From assembly GCA_965649765.1 (NCBI GenBank), contig OZ287748.1, positions 48,856,001 through 48,920,000 of the forward strand: DNA of 64,000 bases, read 5' to 3'. This document shows positions 39,080-51,354 of this stretch, in pieces. The position numbers and the translations under genes are program-made. Numbering within the stretch: the stretch's first letter is position 1; the number at the start of each line of letters is the position of its first letter. The notes below the pieces were generated by a model, which searched no databases, was not told the DNA's origin, and saw only the letters and a list, made by a program, of their open reading frames with translations. The stretch comes from Bispira polyomma (lineage: Eukaryota).

Positions 39080-40710
39080 AACTTTTACAAAAAATTATCG
39101 AATACCAACAACATCAAGAAAACAATACACACCACTCTCTGTTACAAAGGAAAAACCATTTTCCATCGGTTGCCAATGCCATAAACCTAAGCCTTACCTT
39201 GCTCCTTTGTGGTGATGTTTCTCTAAACCCTGGTCTTATTAAGTTTGGCATGGCCAACTGTCGTTGCATCCTAAATAAAGACCTGGTCATGCAAGACAAA
39301 GTGAATGCCAGCAAATACAATATTTTTGCCATCACAGAATCACCCATTAGGTTAACTGACACGCCTGCCTTTTTCAGATCCCTAACTCCAGTTGACTACA
39401 ATCCTGTTCAAAAACCACATCATTCTGGGCTGGTTGGTGGTGTAGGCTTTTTTGTCAAAACTAATTACAACTTCAAAATAATCAGTAGTCCAGACTATAC
39501 TACCTTTGAAAATATAGTCATTACAGCTGCTTGTTTAGATCATGGTTTGTCTTTTGCATGCATCTATCGCCCTCCTACTTCCAAAATGACAAGTTTTCTG
39601 GATGAATTCCTGAGAGTTTTCTCAGCTCCTCATTTGTGGTCAGTGGTGACTTCAATATTCACAATAATGCCAATTTAAGTTCTATACTGGATTCCTGCAA
39701 TTTAACTCAGTAAGTTTCCACTCAAATAATACCTCAAACTGAATCAGTTGAGCGTACTGTCAGTTTCAGGTGTTATCACCGTATTGACATGTGCAAACTA
39801 AAGCCTGTCTACCATTCCCTTTGTCATAGACCCTTGCAAAAATGCTACTGACTTGTATAATCAATACGTCAGTGACCTTAAACTCTTACTTGATAAACAT
39901 GCCCCAGTTAAAACTAGATTACTAAAAAAACCAGCATCAAAATGGGTCACTGAAGCATACCGCACAGCTAAAGCACTGCACCGTCAATATGTAAGAGCCT
40001 GGCGAAAGGAGAAAAGTCTACTAAACAGATCCAGATTAAGGAAACAGGTTGCATGGTGCAATAAATTCTTAAATAGAGCAAAAGGAGATCACTACAAATT
40101 GAAGAAAATTCACAAAACGGGCGAAAGCTCTGGCAAGAATTGCGCAGAGTCCTCCAAACCACACCTGAGTCCATCGTTCCAGCATTTAAATAAAAAAAAA
40201 TGTCTGGCAGAAAAATTTGGGTTTTTTTCAATGAAAAAATTTAGAAATTGGTCCACAAGGGTCAGTTCTAGGCCCAATCTTGTTTTCTTTGTATACTACT
40301 CCACTCAGCTATATCATCAGAAAACATAGCAAAATCAAGTACCACTTTTATGCTGATGACACACAGATTTATGCTCATCTCTCATATAGAAATGCCACAA
40401 CTGTTCTGGATAGTCTAAAAAGTTGTCTCAGTGATGTTCAAAAATGGATGTTTGCCAACAAGCCTTAATAAACCCGGACAAGACTGAGTTTATACTTTTT
40501 GGCAGGATTATTTCCCAGTCAATATGTTAGGAAACATGGTGTACCCTGCAAGTGCTGTCAAGAACCTCGGAGTGTGGTTTGATTCTACATTAACATTAAC
40601 ATAAGAAGGGTTACATTAAGAAGAGTTAGGCGCTATCTGTCAGCCAGTACTGCTACTATAGTCACAAATGCCTTGGTTACAAGTCGTCTGAACTACTGTA
40701 ATTCATTTTT
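39080..40710 (+). mobile_element. L2 LINE ORF2 (APE endonuclease + RT), degenerate with internal deletions
   Basis: [57 protein letters not shown]. Confidence 0.9.
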
Positions 40711-41039
40711 TTCTGGGTGTATGCTAGGCAAATTTCTACTTGGGGGATTTATAAGTTTAAAAGTTAACAATTTATTTCTTATTTATGTGTGTGTGGGGGG
40801 GGGGGGGGGGGGAAGTATTTTTTTTTCAATTGTGTGTATTATATGTGTTATTTGTAGGGGCAGTATGCTTCTTGTCACGAGGGTTCAGCTCAAACATTGT
40901 TTTTGGATGTTTTGGGTGGCACTGAAACAGGCCTTTTAGTGTCCCAACTGGGACTAATGAAGAGGGAGGAAGAAGAGATGCTGGTTCTGGTACTGGCTCG
41001 TGGCTGAGTACTTGGGACATCTTTGGTTGTAGTGTTTAT

Positions 41040-42060
41040 GGTGGAATCCGTTTGATGTGGATCTGGATTAAGGGATGTAAATGTCTCAGGAGTATCTTTG
41101 TTCTAGTAGCTGAAACTGTCAGTCACTGACTCAAAAACTTTGAGAGATGAGGCTGTAGAGGAATTCAGCAGGTCTGAAACTCCTTACAGTCACGATGGGT
41201 TTGTGTACTGGTGCTGCCAGATGTTAATTGTTGATGCTGTGGCGTGTGGCACCTGGAGAAAGCCCCCTGAGTCTCTCAGCCTTGAGCTTGACAGCCTCCT
41301 TGATGAAGCCTGAGATGGGTTCCTGCATCGTGGCCAGCTTGTCCCTTAGCTTAGTAGACAGTGTTGCCTCGGGTTTCGGTGTGATTGACACCACTTCTTC
41401 ATGTCAAATCCCTTGCCCGAGCAAAACTCTAGCCACAACATGTCTTTAGCCTGGGTGTCTCTGTAACTTTGGTCTCTCTTGTATAGCCAGTAATGGTTCT
41501 GCAAAAAGTCCACCAGTGCCTCCTGCTCTGCGTCACTGAACATGGCCGTACCATAACCCTTAAAATTTTCTAACTGTAATATTTTATTCTCCAAAAAACA
41601 ACAGTTCTATTCTCAATAATAATCTCAATAATAATCTCTGTCTGTAGAATTATTGATAGTTGTGAAGTCTCCAAGATGCTGTAGCTGAATGAATGCCGAA
41701 ATGCGTGCCGCCTAGTAAGATTTTGCGCCTGAGTTATCTTTTGACATCCCAATGTAGCGTCTCACTCCCCCGACCTATCTTTTGTTACCTCGAATTACCT
41801 TTTTGATCGGCTAGCGCCAAGGACTTATCGTTTGTATGGCCTGACCTTTCTTTTCTATTGGGGCTTCCCTAATGACTTATTCTTTTTTCCCCAATTGAAA
41901 AGATAACAAAGGATCTATCTTTGACACTTGACACGATAACTCAAAGGGTGAGAAGATAACTTGTAAGATTGAAAAGATAGGTCATTAGAAAGTAAAGATA
42001 AGTCGTAAGTGGGTTACGATTGGTTACAATTTCTTGTCCATAAAAATGACAAAGATGTAA
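41040..42060 (-). mobile_element. Harbinger MADF accessory gene fragment plus terminal region
   Basis: FSDAEQEALVDFLQNHYWLYKRDQSYRDTQAKDMLWLEFC..KKW (MADF-like); inverted homologue of 44090-44770. Confidence 0.75.
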
Positions 42061-42093
42061 CCTTTTGTCTAAGTCTAAGTGTCTAAGTCTATA

Positions 42094-42968
42094 TCATTCT
42101 GTCTTGCCAGGGTACAGCCCCTTGTGGTGTGTTATAGTAGTCCTTCGTGTACAGCCTGCCATAAGTCCAGGTCCAGGTAAAACAGGTTGAACTTGTACTG
42201 TGGTTAAGATGCACCAGAATCTGTTTGACAAACTCCCAAAAGCGTTTTCAAGTATACACCTTGACCTGGATAGTCTATAGTTAAATATGCATTCTGCATC
42301 TGTGAGACGTCTGGCAGAGAATGGCTTCATCAACCAAGTCCTTAACCCAAGGGCATCATCAGCTACCAGGAAATATGGTATGTCCTTGTTATCACCTGGT
42401 ACTGGATCAGAAGCTGGGAAACCAATGGTACCATCTTGTGTCACCTCCTTCAGATTACAGTCATTAAACACCTGGGCATCTGAGAAACAACCATTACTCC
42501 AGACATCCACCCACACAAAGTTGTAGTCGGCGTCCACCAGAGCCAGCAGGATAATAGTATAAAATCTCTTGTTATGGTAGTAAAGAGACCCTGAGTTCGG
42601 GGGAATCTTGATGGTTACATGTTTTCCATCTAGGGCTCCAATGGCAGGGTGGAAATTCCATCGACTGCCAAACAGTTCTGCCTTCTCTTTGCATGTGGCG
42701 GGTGTGCTTGGGCATAGCAACACCTGTTCTCAGTAGGCCTCAATGATGGCCTACAGAACTCACGAACGATGGTGGAGATGGTGTTATGAATAACTCCTAA
42801 GCTGTACATCAGGCTTCTGTATGAGTCCCCAGAGGCTAGGTAACAGAGTGCGATGGCTAACTTCAACCCAGGTGACAATGGTTGGCAGTAAAGGGTCATT
42901 GTCTTCTCTATGAGGGTCTTAACTCGATGAAGAAGCTGTGTAAACAGTTCAGGCTCATTTATTTCCAT
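42094..42968 (-). pseudogene. PIF/Harbinger (HARBI1-like, DDE_Tnp_4) transposase, frameshifted and truncated
   Basis: KLAIALCYLASGDSYRSL, GALDGKHVTI, YYHNK, LLALVDA, SDAQVF, LMKPF, FNYRLSRSRCILENAFGSL. Confidence 0.92.
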
Positions 42969-43759
42969 AACTCTTCTGAGGCCTTACCTGTTCCGACCTT
43001 CCCATACCTTGTATAACCTTATCTCAGCCGTGTTAAACTGTTATGATACCTGGAGACACTGTGTAAAGGTCAGGTCATATTAGCCGGTTACTAAATTTAC
43101 CCTCCCCTACCTTATCTACACTGTATCATATACTGAAGAAATACCTTGCCAAACGGTATCACCACCAAGGTGTAATCATTTGCTCATTTGGATATTTCCA
43201 AGGAATATGAGAGGAAGATTATAAAAGGTTCGTAACCTTCTATAACCTTTTACCACTGCCTACAATACCGGCAATATTTGACCGGTGCATAAGTGCACAG
43301 TTACTTACGTAGCACTTACCTAGCCTAATCTGTGTGATTGTTCTACTCTCTGGGAGTTGGAAGATCCATTTGCTGCAGTGTTCCTGAACAAAACTCCACA
43401 TTCAATCATGGCGTACTTGTACATGTATTTTAAACATTGTTATTCTAGAGCTAAGTCAGACCACAGCAAAACATACAAATTTGAATTCTTTGACATGGCA
43501 GATATACATCCAAATCAGATGAAGAGTTGATAACTTCAGTCAGAGCGTTATCCTTTCCATTTCTTTGTCGGAGTGAAACCATTATATTGTCTATTAAAAA
43601 CTAATACAGGATCAGGCAAATACTAGTATTGCATTGTATTTTATATATTTTGACACGTTTTATTGATGCGAGACATATTCTAAAGTGTAACAATAGAATC
43701 AATAAACCAATCGTTAACCTGAAAACATATCCAAGTCATAAGGAAGGATGTTGGGATGA

Positions 43760-44080
43760 ACACGGAGGTAATTAGGGTGCGTAAGCGAGTTTGAAAAGAT
43801 AGGAAAGTGTTTCTTGTGATCTAAGCTCAACTGGGTATTATAAACCACATAATATCAGGGCAGCCATTGAGAAAGCTCAAAGTCTTTGGTGGGTTTTAAA
43901 GAAGAAACAGATGGTCTGTGTTGCCTCTCTTAATGTTCCTGAAAGAAAAAAGAGCAGATAAGAGGGTTGTTTATTTCGTAACAACTTTCAAAGTGGTAAC
44001 ATTGATTTTAAACATGATGGGAAGCCATTGTAATTTTTAGAGGTATGAAATAACATCTGCTCATGTCCAGGCAAAAATAA
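43760..44080 (-). mobile_element. L2 LINE 3' fragment
   Basis: KLQWLPI..KIN..KQPSYL on the minus strand. Confidence 0.45.
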
Positions 44081-44089
44081 ATTCAATCA

Positions 44090-46423
44090 CAAAGATAGGT
44101 CGGGGGCCATTACGAGTTATAAGTCAGGGGAGTGAAACCATAGACCTCAGTGTCAAAAGATAACTCGAGTGCAAAATCTTATTGGTCGGCTCCAATTTCG
44201 TGAGACGGTCTGCCTCCGACTTCACAACTATCAACAATTCTACAGACAGAGATTATTGAGATTATTTTTAAGAATAGGACTTTGTAGTTTTTTTATAAAA
44301 ATATTATTTTTATAAAATATTACACTTTTTTTAAATTTTAAGCATTATGGGACCAAAAATAAAGAAAAAGACCAGGAAGAGGAGGATGGAGGAGCATGTG
44401 GAGGCACAGGATGAGGATAACCGACAATTTGATGTGGGAATGTCCCTTGTCATCCCAGAGACACAGCTTTCTCAGCGTTCACAGACACCGGCGATTGAGC
44501 AGGAGGGAACCCAGGATCCTTATTTGGAGGATGAGGTTGACACAGCTGGGGATGGAGAGGTGGTCCATATTGAGGAAACAGAAGGGGAAGACGCTTACAG
44601 TCATGTTCAGTGACGCAGAGGAGGAGGTACTGGTGGACTTGAATGGCTATACAACAAGAGAGATCCAAAATACAGAGACACCCAGGCTAAAGACATGTTG
44701 TGGCCGGAGTTCTGCTCGGGCAAGGGATTTGACATGGAAGAAGTGAAGAAGTGGTTTCAACCACAAAAGACTATCTGTGGTAAGCTAAGCATCAGGAAGT
44801 CCAGCCAGGCACCACCTAAGTTGATAGAGAGGCAGTACTGGGTGAAGAACACCTTGACTTTTTGAAACCTCACATCATACAACATGTCTCGAGAACAGCG
44901 GGCTTCACATCCGCATCTTTGTCCGTGGCGCTGAAACAGAGATCGAGTCTTCGTTACTGATAGCATCCCCTGGTAGTACTTAAAAGCAGTCTTCAATCTG
45001 TGCCAGATCAACCTCAAACCCCGAGGCGGCACTGTCTACTGAGCTAAGGGATACGCGGGCCACGAATGAATGGTCCTCTATTTTCTCCTTCAGTTCGGAT
45101 CTGTGAAAAAACTGGGCAAGCCGCTTGAACCTATGTTGACCCACAGGAAACAGTAAACCCCATCTACCAGGGCAAGCATGACGAATGAGTGGCACCCCTT
45201 TTAGTTGAAGTACTGACTCCTACCTTTTCTCGAGCATTTCATAACAATGTGTTTGCCGTCTCTGGCCCCCAGGGCATTGGGACCGTTCCACGTGCTCCAG
45301 AACACGGACTCGACCTTCTTTCACTCATCGGGGCTGGTGGGGCATGTGAGGAATTCTTCCTGGTGCTCGTCGATGATGGTCTGGCAAACTTCTGGCACAA
45401 ACTTGGTTATGGTTGACCTGCCCACTACGAACGAGTACTGCAGCAATGTGTAGGACTCCCCAGTAGCCAAATACCTCAAAGTGATTGTTATCTTGAGTCC
45501 CGGGGTCAGTGCCTTCCTGTACCAGGTGGTGTGTCTCTGTGCCCCACCCTCCTCTGCATCTCCTGGAATACGTCAGGGGGCACCCTGAGGAAGTTGCGGT
45601 ACGACTGGAGATCTTGCAGCTCCAGACTTTGCATCAGTGATGTGTAGTGTCCATGTTCTTCCCTTTCCCTGAGCCATGGCTTGATCTAGAACCTTTGCCT
45701 TGCCCTTCGTCTTCTTGCCACCTGAGCCTGAGACTTTACATTCAATGCTTCCCTTTGCCTTCTTAACGTCTTATCCTGCCTTTAATGTCCACAATAACCA
45801 TCAGTTGTGCTTGCATGTAGGCAATTACAGCCCGAAGTCCATTTGCTGGATTTATTATGCTTTGTGGAATCATGTTGATCACTTGAATTCTGAATTAAAA
45901 CTGTCTGGATTCAAGTTCGAACCCTCTTTTATATAGCGTTTGATGAAACGGTACCCGCCGATTGTTGTTACCAAGTTTTATATCTGGATCAGTTGTTGCA
46001 TTGGCCGACTTATCTTAGTGTCCAACGACTGGATTTTACACCCTTACGACCTATCTTTTGGATCATAAGCCGTTCCAACAACTTATCTGTACCAATTGGG
46101 AAGGTCGAGAGCCCAAAAATGTGATCCTGACAACTAATTGAGCCAATCAATCGTTATGCTAACGACTTATTGGGGAGGTTGGGGATTCCAACGACTTATG
46201 TAACCAATTGGGGAGGTCGGGAGCCAAAAATGTGATCTCGAAAACAAATTGGGCCGATCTATCATAATGTTAACGACTTATTGGGGCGGTCGTACGACTT
46301 ATCTCACAGGTCGTGACCCATTTTTCCCACATTTTATTTCAAAACATCGTGGACAAACGCTAGATTGCTTACAATTGCATAATCAGGGCCTCCCCCGACC
46401 GTTCGTGATAGTGGAACAGCACC
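44090..46423. mobile_element. Internally deleted PIF/Harbinger element: MADF gene (+, 44347-45100) convergent with transposase 5' part (-, ~45190-45880)
   Basis: MADF-like KYRDTQAKDMLWPEFC..KKWF; minus strand LRNFLRVPP, KALTPGLKITITLRYLATGESY, LENAREKVG; repeated cgacttat/cgacctatct subterminal motifs; right end reads GGTGCTGTTCCACTATCACG on the minus strand. Confidence 0.8.
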
Positions 46424-46619
46424 ATAATACCAAGGTTCTTGACATTACCAGAAGGCAGTAGGTCTTTCCCCAGTAGTGCAATGGGAAAAGTGATAACTGT
46501 GTTTCTTCCTGTTTTGTCAGGATTTAATTTTATTTTGGAGTGATTCATCTAAGCCTGGATAGGGGACAAACAGTCAAACATTATATTTTATAGGCGTTAT
46601 GAGGGTTGAGAAAAAGAGA

Positions 46620-47010
46620 AATTTATTGACAAAGTACTGGGAACATATGTTTTAAGGGAGAAAAAAGTCCAAGGGATGACCCTTGGCGTAATCTGTATAG
46701 TAGGTTGAAAGAAGAGGAGAAATGATCTTCTAATTTAATTTTGGGGATTCTGAGAGCTAAGTAGGATCTAATCCAATCAAGAAGAACGCCATCTAGTCCA
46801 AACAATTGTTTAAGGGTGTCAAATGCTGCTGAGACATATAGAAGGGTGAGGTCCATAGTTCATCACGATCCAAGGCAAGGTTTATGCCATTACTAATAGA
46901 AAGGATCACACTTTCTATGGAGTGAAACTTTTCGTAAGCAGACTGGTGTGAGTTTTGTTTTACAAATACTTTCTGAATCAGTTTAGAGACAAAACTGAGA
47001 TTGGAAACCA
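46620..47010 (-). mobile_element. L2 LINE RT fragment
   Basis: VSNLSFVSKL, QSAYEKFHSIE, VSAAFDT, LDWIRSYL, QGSSLG. Confidence 0.82.
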
Positions 47011-47730
47011 GGTTTTCAACTAATACAGAAGTAATACACTGTCCAATCTTTCTATGTGTATAGGATAAATTGGAATAAATACACAAAAATATCAAACCTA
47101 AATACAAATTAAAGGCACTGTTTGTTTATGATCTATTTTCAGATACTTGATTTTGCTGATATTAATGCCACTCCTAATATAATCTGGTTATGTGTGTTAA
47201 CGACCGACTCTGTTCTTGTTTGTAGGTACTGCAGTCCTGTTATAGATTTTGAAAGGTGCTTAAGATGTTAGGCATCTTCTATAGCACAACTTCGAACAAA
47301 TAAACCACGGGATAGTAAAAAACCCACCATAGTCAAGTCTTAAGGGAGGGTGTGGTGTGTGACCTGGAGACAACTTGTGGTGGGAAGCTAGTTTACAAAG
47401 ATGGCACATATTTGTTGTATTTGAGATTTTTAAAGCACGTTATCGATGCATCTTCTAAAGCGAAACAACAGAATCAGATAACCAAATAGAGAAGTCCAAA
47501 AACATGGCCAAGTCATGGTCATAAGGAAGAATGTGGGGTGTACATGGGGTGCCCTTGATGTGGTCACTCTGGTGGGCCTTGCAGAAGAAAAGTCTAGTAC
47601 CTCTTTAAATGTTGTTGACGGACAAAACACAGATAGGTAAGAACGCTCGTAATGAACCAAAACCTTGAAGGTAATGACGTGGAATTTGAAGAGAATTGTA
47701 TATTGAATGAAGAGCCAGTGTAACCTTTTA

Positions 47731-48400
47731 TGTCCTGGTCCAACCGGCCGTCACGTTTGCTGTCGTTAGAAAATTAATTTGCGTAGTTTTTGCGTGGTAT
47801 TTGCAGGAGTTGACGTGATATACATAAACATACATAACCTGGCGTGAGAGATGTCACGCAAGGAATTTATAACTTCAAACCGTTTGAAATTTAGATACGC
47901 AAACGCTGCCAAAAGGTAACATCCTCAAATGTGTGTTTTTGCATGAGCATTGCGACAGTTTGCGTAGTGTAACAGCTATATACGTCACAATGGTTGAATG
48001 TGTGTCATTATGATGCAAAACTTGCAAGTTGATGGGAGAACATGTACATTAACGTTTATTGACGGACTTCTGCGACAGATTAAGTAGAATTACGTAGATA
48101 TAATGTAATAAATGATGAGGTTTAACATAAATTAATGTCCTTCAACGTAAAAAATTACGTCCTCTTACGTGTATTGGCTTACATATACGGGCCACACGAG
48201 GGATAAAATATGTACTTTGACGTACACTTAAGCATCCCCTGCGAGACCTTACAGGTTTTGACATACAAATACGTAAATTACTGACTCCTTTCACGTGAAG
48301 AAGTGCAATATTTGGGTTTTGCATCAACTTTTGCAGCAACTATTTACACGGCCCTTGCGTCACTTACATAAACTAACGTACATCCGGTGGGACCAGGGCA
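47731..48400. mobile_element. 670 bp PIF/Harbinger MITE
   Basis: TIR TG(T/C)CCTGGTCC(A/C)ACCGG at both ends; TTA duplicated at 47728-47730 and 48401-48403. Confidence 0.85.
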
Positions 48401-49702
48401 TTAGGTGATAACTAATAGCAGTTCTGGTGTCTACAAAATGATCTGGCACAGAAAATACAATTTCAACAGAAGAAGGATATATATATATATATATGTGTGT
48501 ATATATGGCAGCTGCATGGAGTCACAACAGGTCACAAAAATGTTTTATTAGCTTCTAGTAAGCAATGCATGTCAGTCATAATATTTGCCTAACAAATACA
48601 TATTTATGTTATAGCTCTGCTGTTACAAGTAAGCTCTAGAAATTAATACATTAAGTCCCTATATACATATATAAGACCATACACCTTAGTATTATAGCAA
48701 GTTGTCAAAATCCCCACTACAGGGTTTAAGGCTTTAGTAACGTAAACAAACAAATGCGCAGCCTGTATATATATACTGCACTTACGAAAATCTTTTAACC
48801 ATAAGTAACCACTATGGCAGCCTTAAAATAGGTCTTTAGTGACAGTTTTAAGCAGTTTTACATCCTAATACCATTTAAAAGTTCACTATTTTGTTGAAAA
48901 GTGGTTAAAACACACATATAACAATTCTTGTATTGTGACGTCACACAATTTAAACTCTATGGTCAAACGTCATATTTGTAAACAATTCTCGCAGACAGCC
49001 CCTTCTATTGTGACACAATAGAAGTATTGATCCAGCATATATGAAGATATTATATAGGCTACACAACTTTAAAAAACGTGTATATTGTTTTGAATGAATT
49101 ACATTTTTAAATATGTCTCCTTGTGTTATATAAACAAAGTATACAAAGTATCTTTCTATTTGGGAGAGTGTAACTTAAATTTTTTTCTAAAATTATTCCC
49201 ATTTTTTTGTTTTTATTAAAAAACTAATTCATTCAAAATATTGCTGTTGTTTTTCTTTTTCTAGTCATATACAATACTTCAGTATTGATCCCTTTTTGGT
49301 AAATGAATTGTGTCACGATTGTGAACCATGTACTTTAAAAATATTACCCATTTTTGTTAAAATTTTACACACTGCTACATGTATTGTATGTCTTAAGATA
49401 CCCATTAAAATGATATGTTAAATATATGAATTAGTATATAATTTAAATATATGCCATTCTTTATCATTTCCACTCATGAAAATGTAATTATGTTATCCAT
49501 AAATCGAGTTTAAGGCCACAAAGAAAAAGTTGTGCAGTTTCTGAGAAGCTCAAGCACACAAAACGTGGTTATCGGTGATCGTTTTTTGTGTTTACGTCAC
49601 TAAAGCCTTAAGTCACCCCTAAAGTCATGATGACACACACACACACACACACTATTCGTTGAGTACAGTTGTAGTAAATATTTCTCACAAATACACCCAT
49701 AC

Positions 49703-50192
49703 CTAGTTGTCTCTGTGTACACACTTTTTCCCCACCATATCTAACTGGCTGTCTCTGTGTACACACATACAAACCCCACCCATATCTAACTGGCTGTCTC
49801 TACACACAGACAAACCCCACCCATATCTAACTGGCTGTCTCTGTACACACAGACAATCCCCACCCATATCTAACTGGCTGTCTCTGTGTACACACACCAA
49901 CCCCCACCCATATCTAACTGGCTGTCTCTGTACACACAGACAAACCCCACCCATATCTAACTGGCTGTCTCTGTACACACAGACAAACCCCACCCATATC
50001 AAACTGGATGTCTCTGTACACACACACACCAACCCCCACCCATATCTAACTGGCTGTCTCTGTACACACACACCAACCCCCTCCCATATCTAACTGGTTG
50101 TCTCTGCACACACACACCAACCCCCTCCCATATCTAACTGGCTGTCTCTGCACACACACAAAACCCCCACCCATATCTAACTGGCTGTCTCT
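49703..50192. repeat. Minisatellite, 43-47 bp unit, ~11-12 copies, overlapping the host stop codon
   Basis: Unit ctaactggctgtctctgtacacacagacaaaccccacccatat. Confidence 0.95.
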
Positions 50193-50629
50193 GGGATCTC
50201 CTCGATACTATCAGCCTGTCTCCTCCTGTGCTGCTGTCCTTTACCTCTGTATCCAGCTGAAGCCTCATCCGGCATGGACTCCTCACTGGACCTGGTGGTG
50301 TCGTAGTGCTGACTGGAGGTCGTAGTGGGCCTGCTGGCTGGGACTCTCCTCCCTAGGCCCTCCAGGGAATGAGCTGACCTCAGTAAGTCCTTATCCACAC
50401 TCTCTTCATCCATCTCTTTGATCTCATCAAATGTGATGGGTTGGGTCTTGTAACGGGCATTGTTACGGTCTCTCCGCTTTCTAGATTTCCGTTTGGTAGT
50501 AGGAGTGTCATCTAGCCTCAAACGACATACTCTCTCTGGGAAATGAGTATCCCAGTGGAACATAGGATCTCTGATAGGGGCTTCTACCTCAGCACTGTTA
50601 GTCAGTTCATTGAAATTTAAGGTGGCCAT
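50177..50629 (-). CDS. C11orf96/DUF4695 (AG2)-like small disordered protein, 150 aa, single coding exon
   Basis: ARYKTQPITFDEIKEMDEE matches the human C11orf96 motif [19 protein letters not shown] (recalled, not searched), with upstream FPERVCRLRL plus a basic patch and downstream LRSAHSL also matching; intact ORF, Kozak-like ATAATGG, acceptor ttttag 6 nt upstream (intron ends at 50636). Confidence 0.85.
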   Translation of the reverse strand: MATLNFNELTNSAEVEAPIRDPMFHWDTHFPERVCRLRLDDTPTTKRKSRKRRDRNNARYKTQPITFDEIKEMDEESVDKDLLRSAHSLEGLGRRVPASRPTTTSSQHYDTTRSSEESMPDEASAGYRGKGQQHRRRQADSIEEIPETAS

Positions 50630-50758
50630 TATATCCTAAAACACATTTAGCATCATATTATTGTTTTAATCTAAGTATACATTACACAAAATCTGAGAAT
50701 CTTTGTTTATACAAAGTTTTTTTCAAAATTGAGTGTGGTGTATTAGTTAGGAAGAGAC

Positions 50759-51012
50759 GGGGGCCGCGGTGGCCTGGTGGTTAGCAAGCATTGCACTTTA
50801 AAATCACTGGTCTCTCACCTCTGGGCGGCGTGAGTTCGAATCCCGTTGATGCCTACGTGGGAAAGGTGGTAGTTCCTCACTGTGGGCCGCTGGTTTCAGT
50901 GCAGAACCTTGATCAACTGTAAGCAGTGTTTCCTCCAGCGTTTCCAACTACCCGTCCCAATATAAACTAAACAGGTACTAGAGTGGACGTTAAACATCCA
51001 AATTCAAATTCA
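50759..51012 (+). mobile_element. tRNA-derived SINE, full length
   Basis: A box tggcctggtgg, B box gagttcgaatccc, (caaatt)n tail; 14 bp TSD agttaggaagagac at 50745-50758 and 51013-51026. Confidence 0.93.
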
Positions 51013-51111
51013 AGTTAGGAAGAGACAAAAGACAAAGTGCTTGTATATAAAGAGGAAAAGTCATGAATTCACTGATTTTGAGCATCAGGGAATACGCGAA
51101 TTCCCTGAAGT

Positions 51112-51354
51112 TTTTTGAATTTTGAATTTGGATATTTGACGTCCACTCTAGTACCTGTTTAGGTTATATTGGGATGGGTAGTTGGAAACGCTTGAGGAAA
51201 CACTGCATACAGTCGGTCAAGGTTCTGCAGAGAAACCAGCGGCCCACAGTAAGGAACTACCACCTTTCCCACATAGGCATCGACAGGATTCGAACTCACG
51301 CCGCCTAGAGGTGTGAAGCGCAATGCTTGCTAACCACTAGGCCACCGCGGCCCC
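51112..51354 (-). mobile_element. tRNA-derived SINE, same family, inverted
   Basis: Reverse complement of 50759-51012; TSD gaa(t/c)tccctgaagt at 51098-51111 and 51355-51368. Confidence 0.93.

Noticed and set aside
42094-42723. Domesticated HARBI1-like host gene
   Set aside because: Frameshifted against 42630-42968, C-terminally truncated, conserved motifs degraded, and flanked by transposon terminal sequence
49703-50093. ORFs of 122 and 128 aa on both strands
   Set aside because: They are translations of the minisatellite; periodic low-complexity sequence
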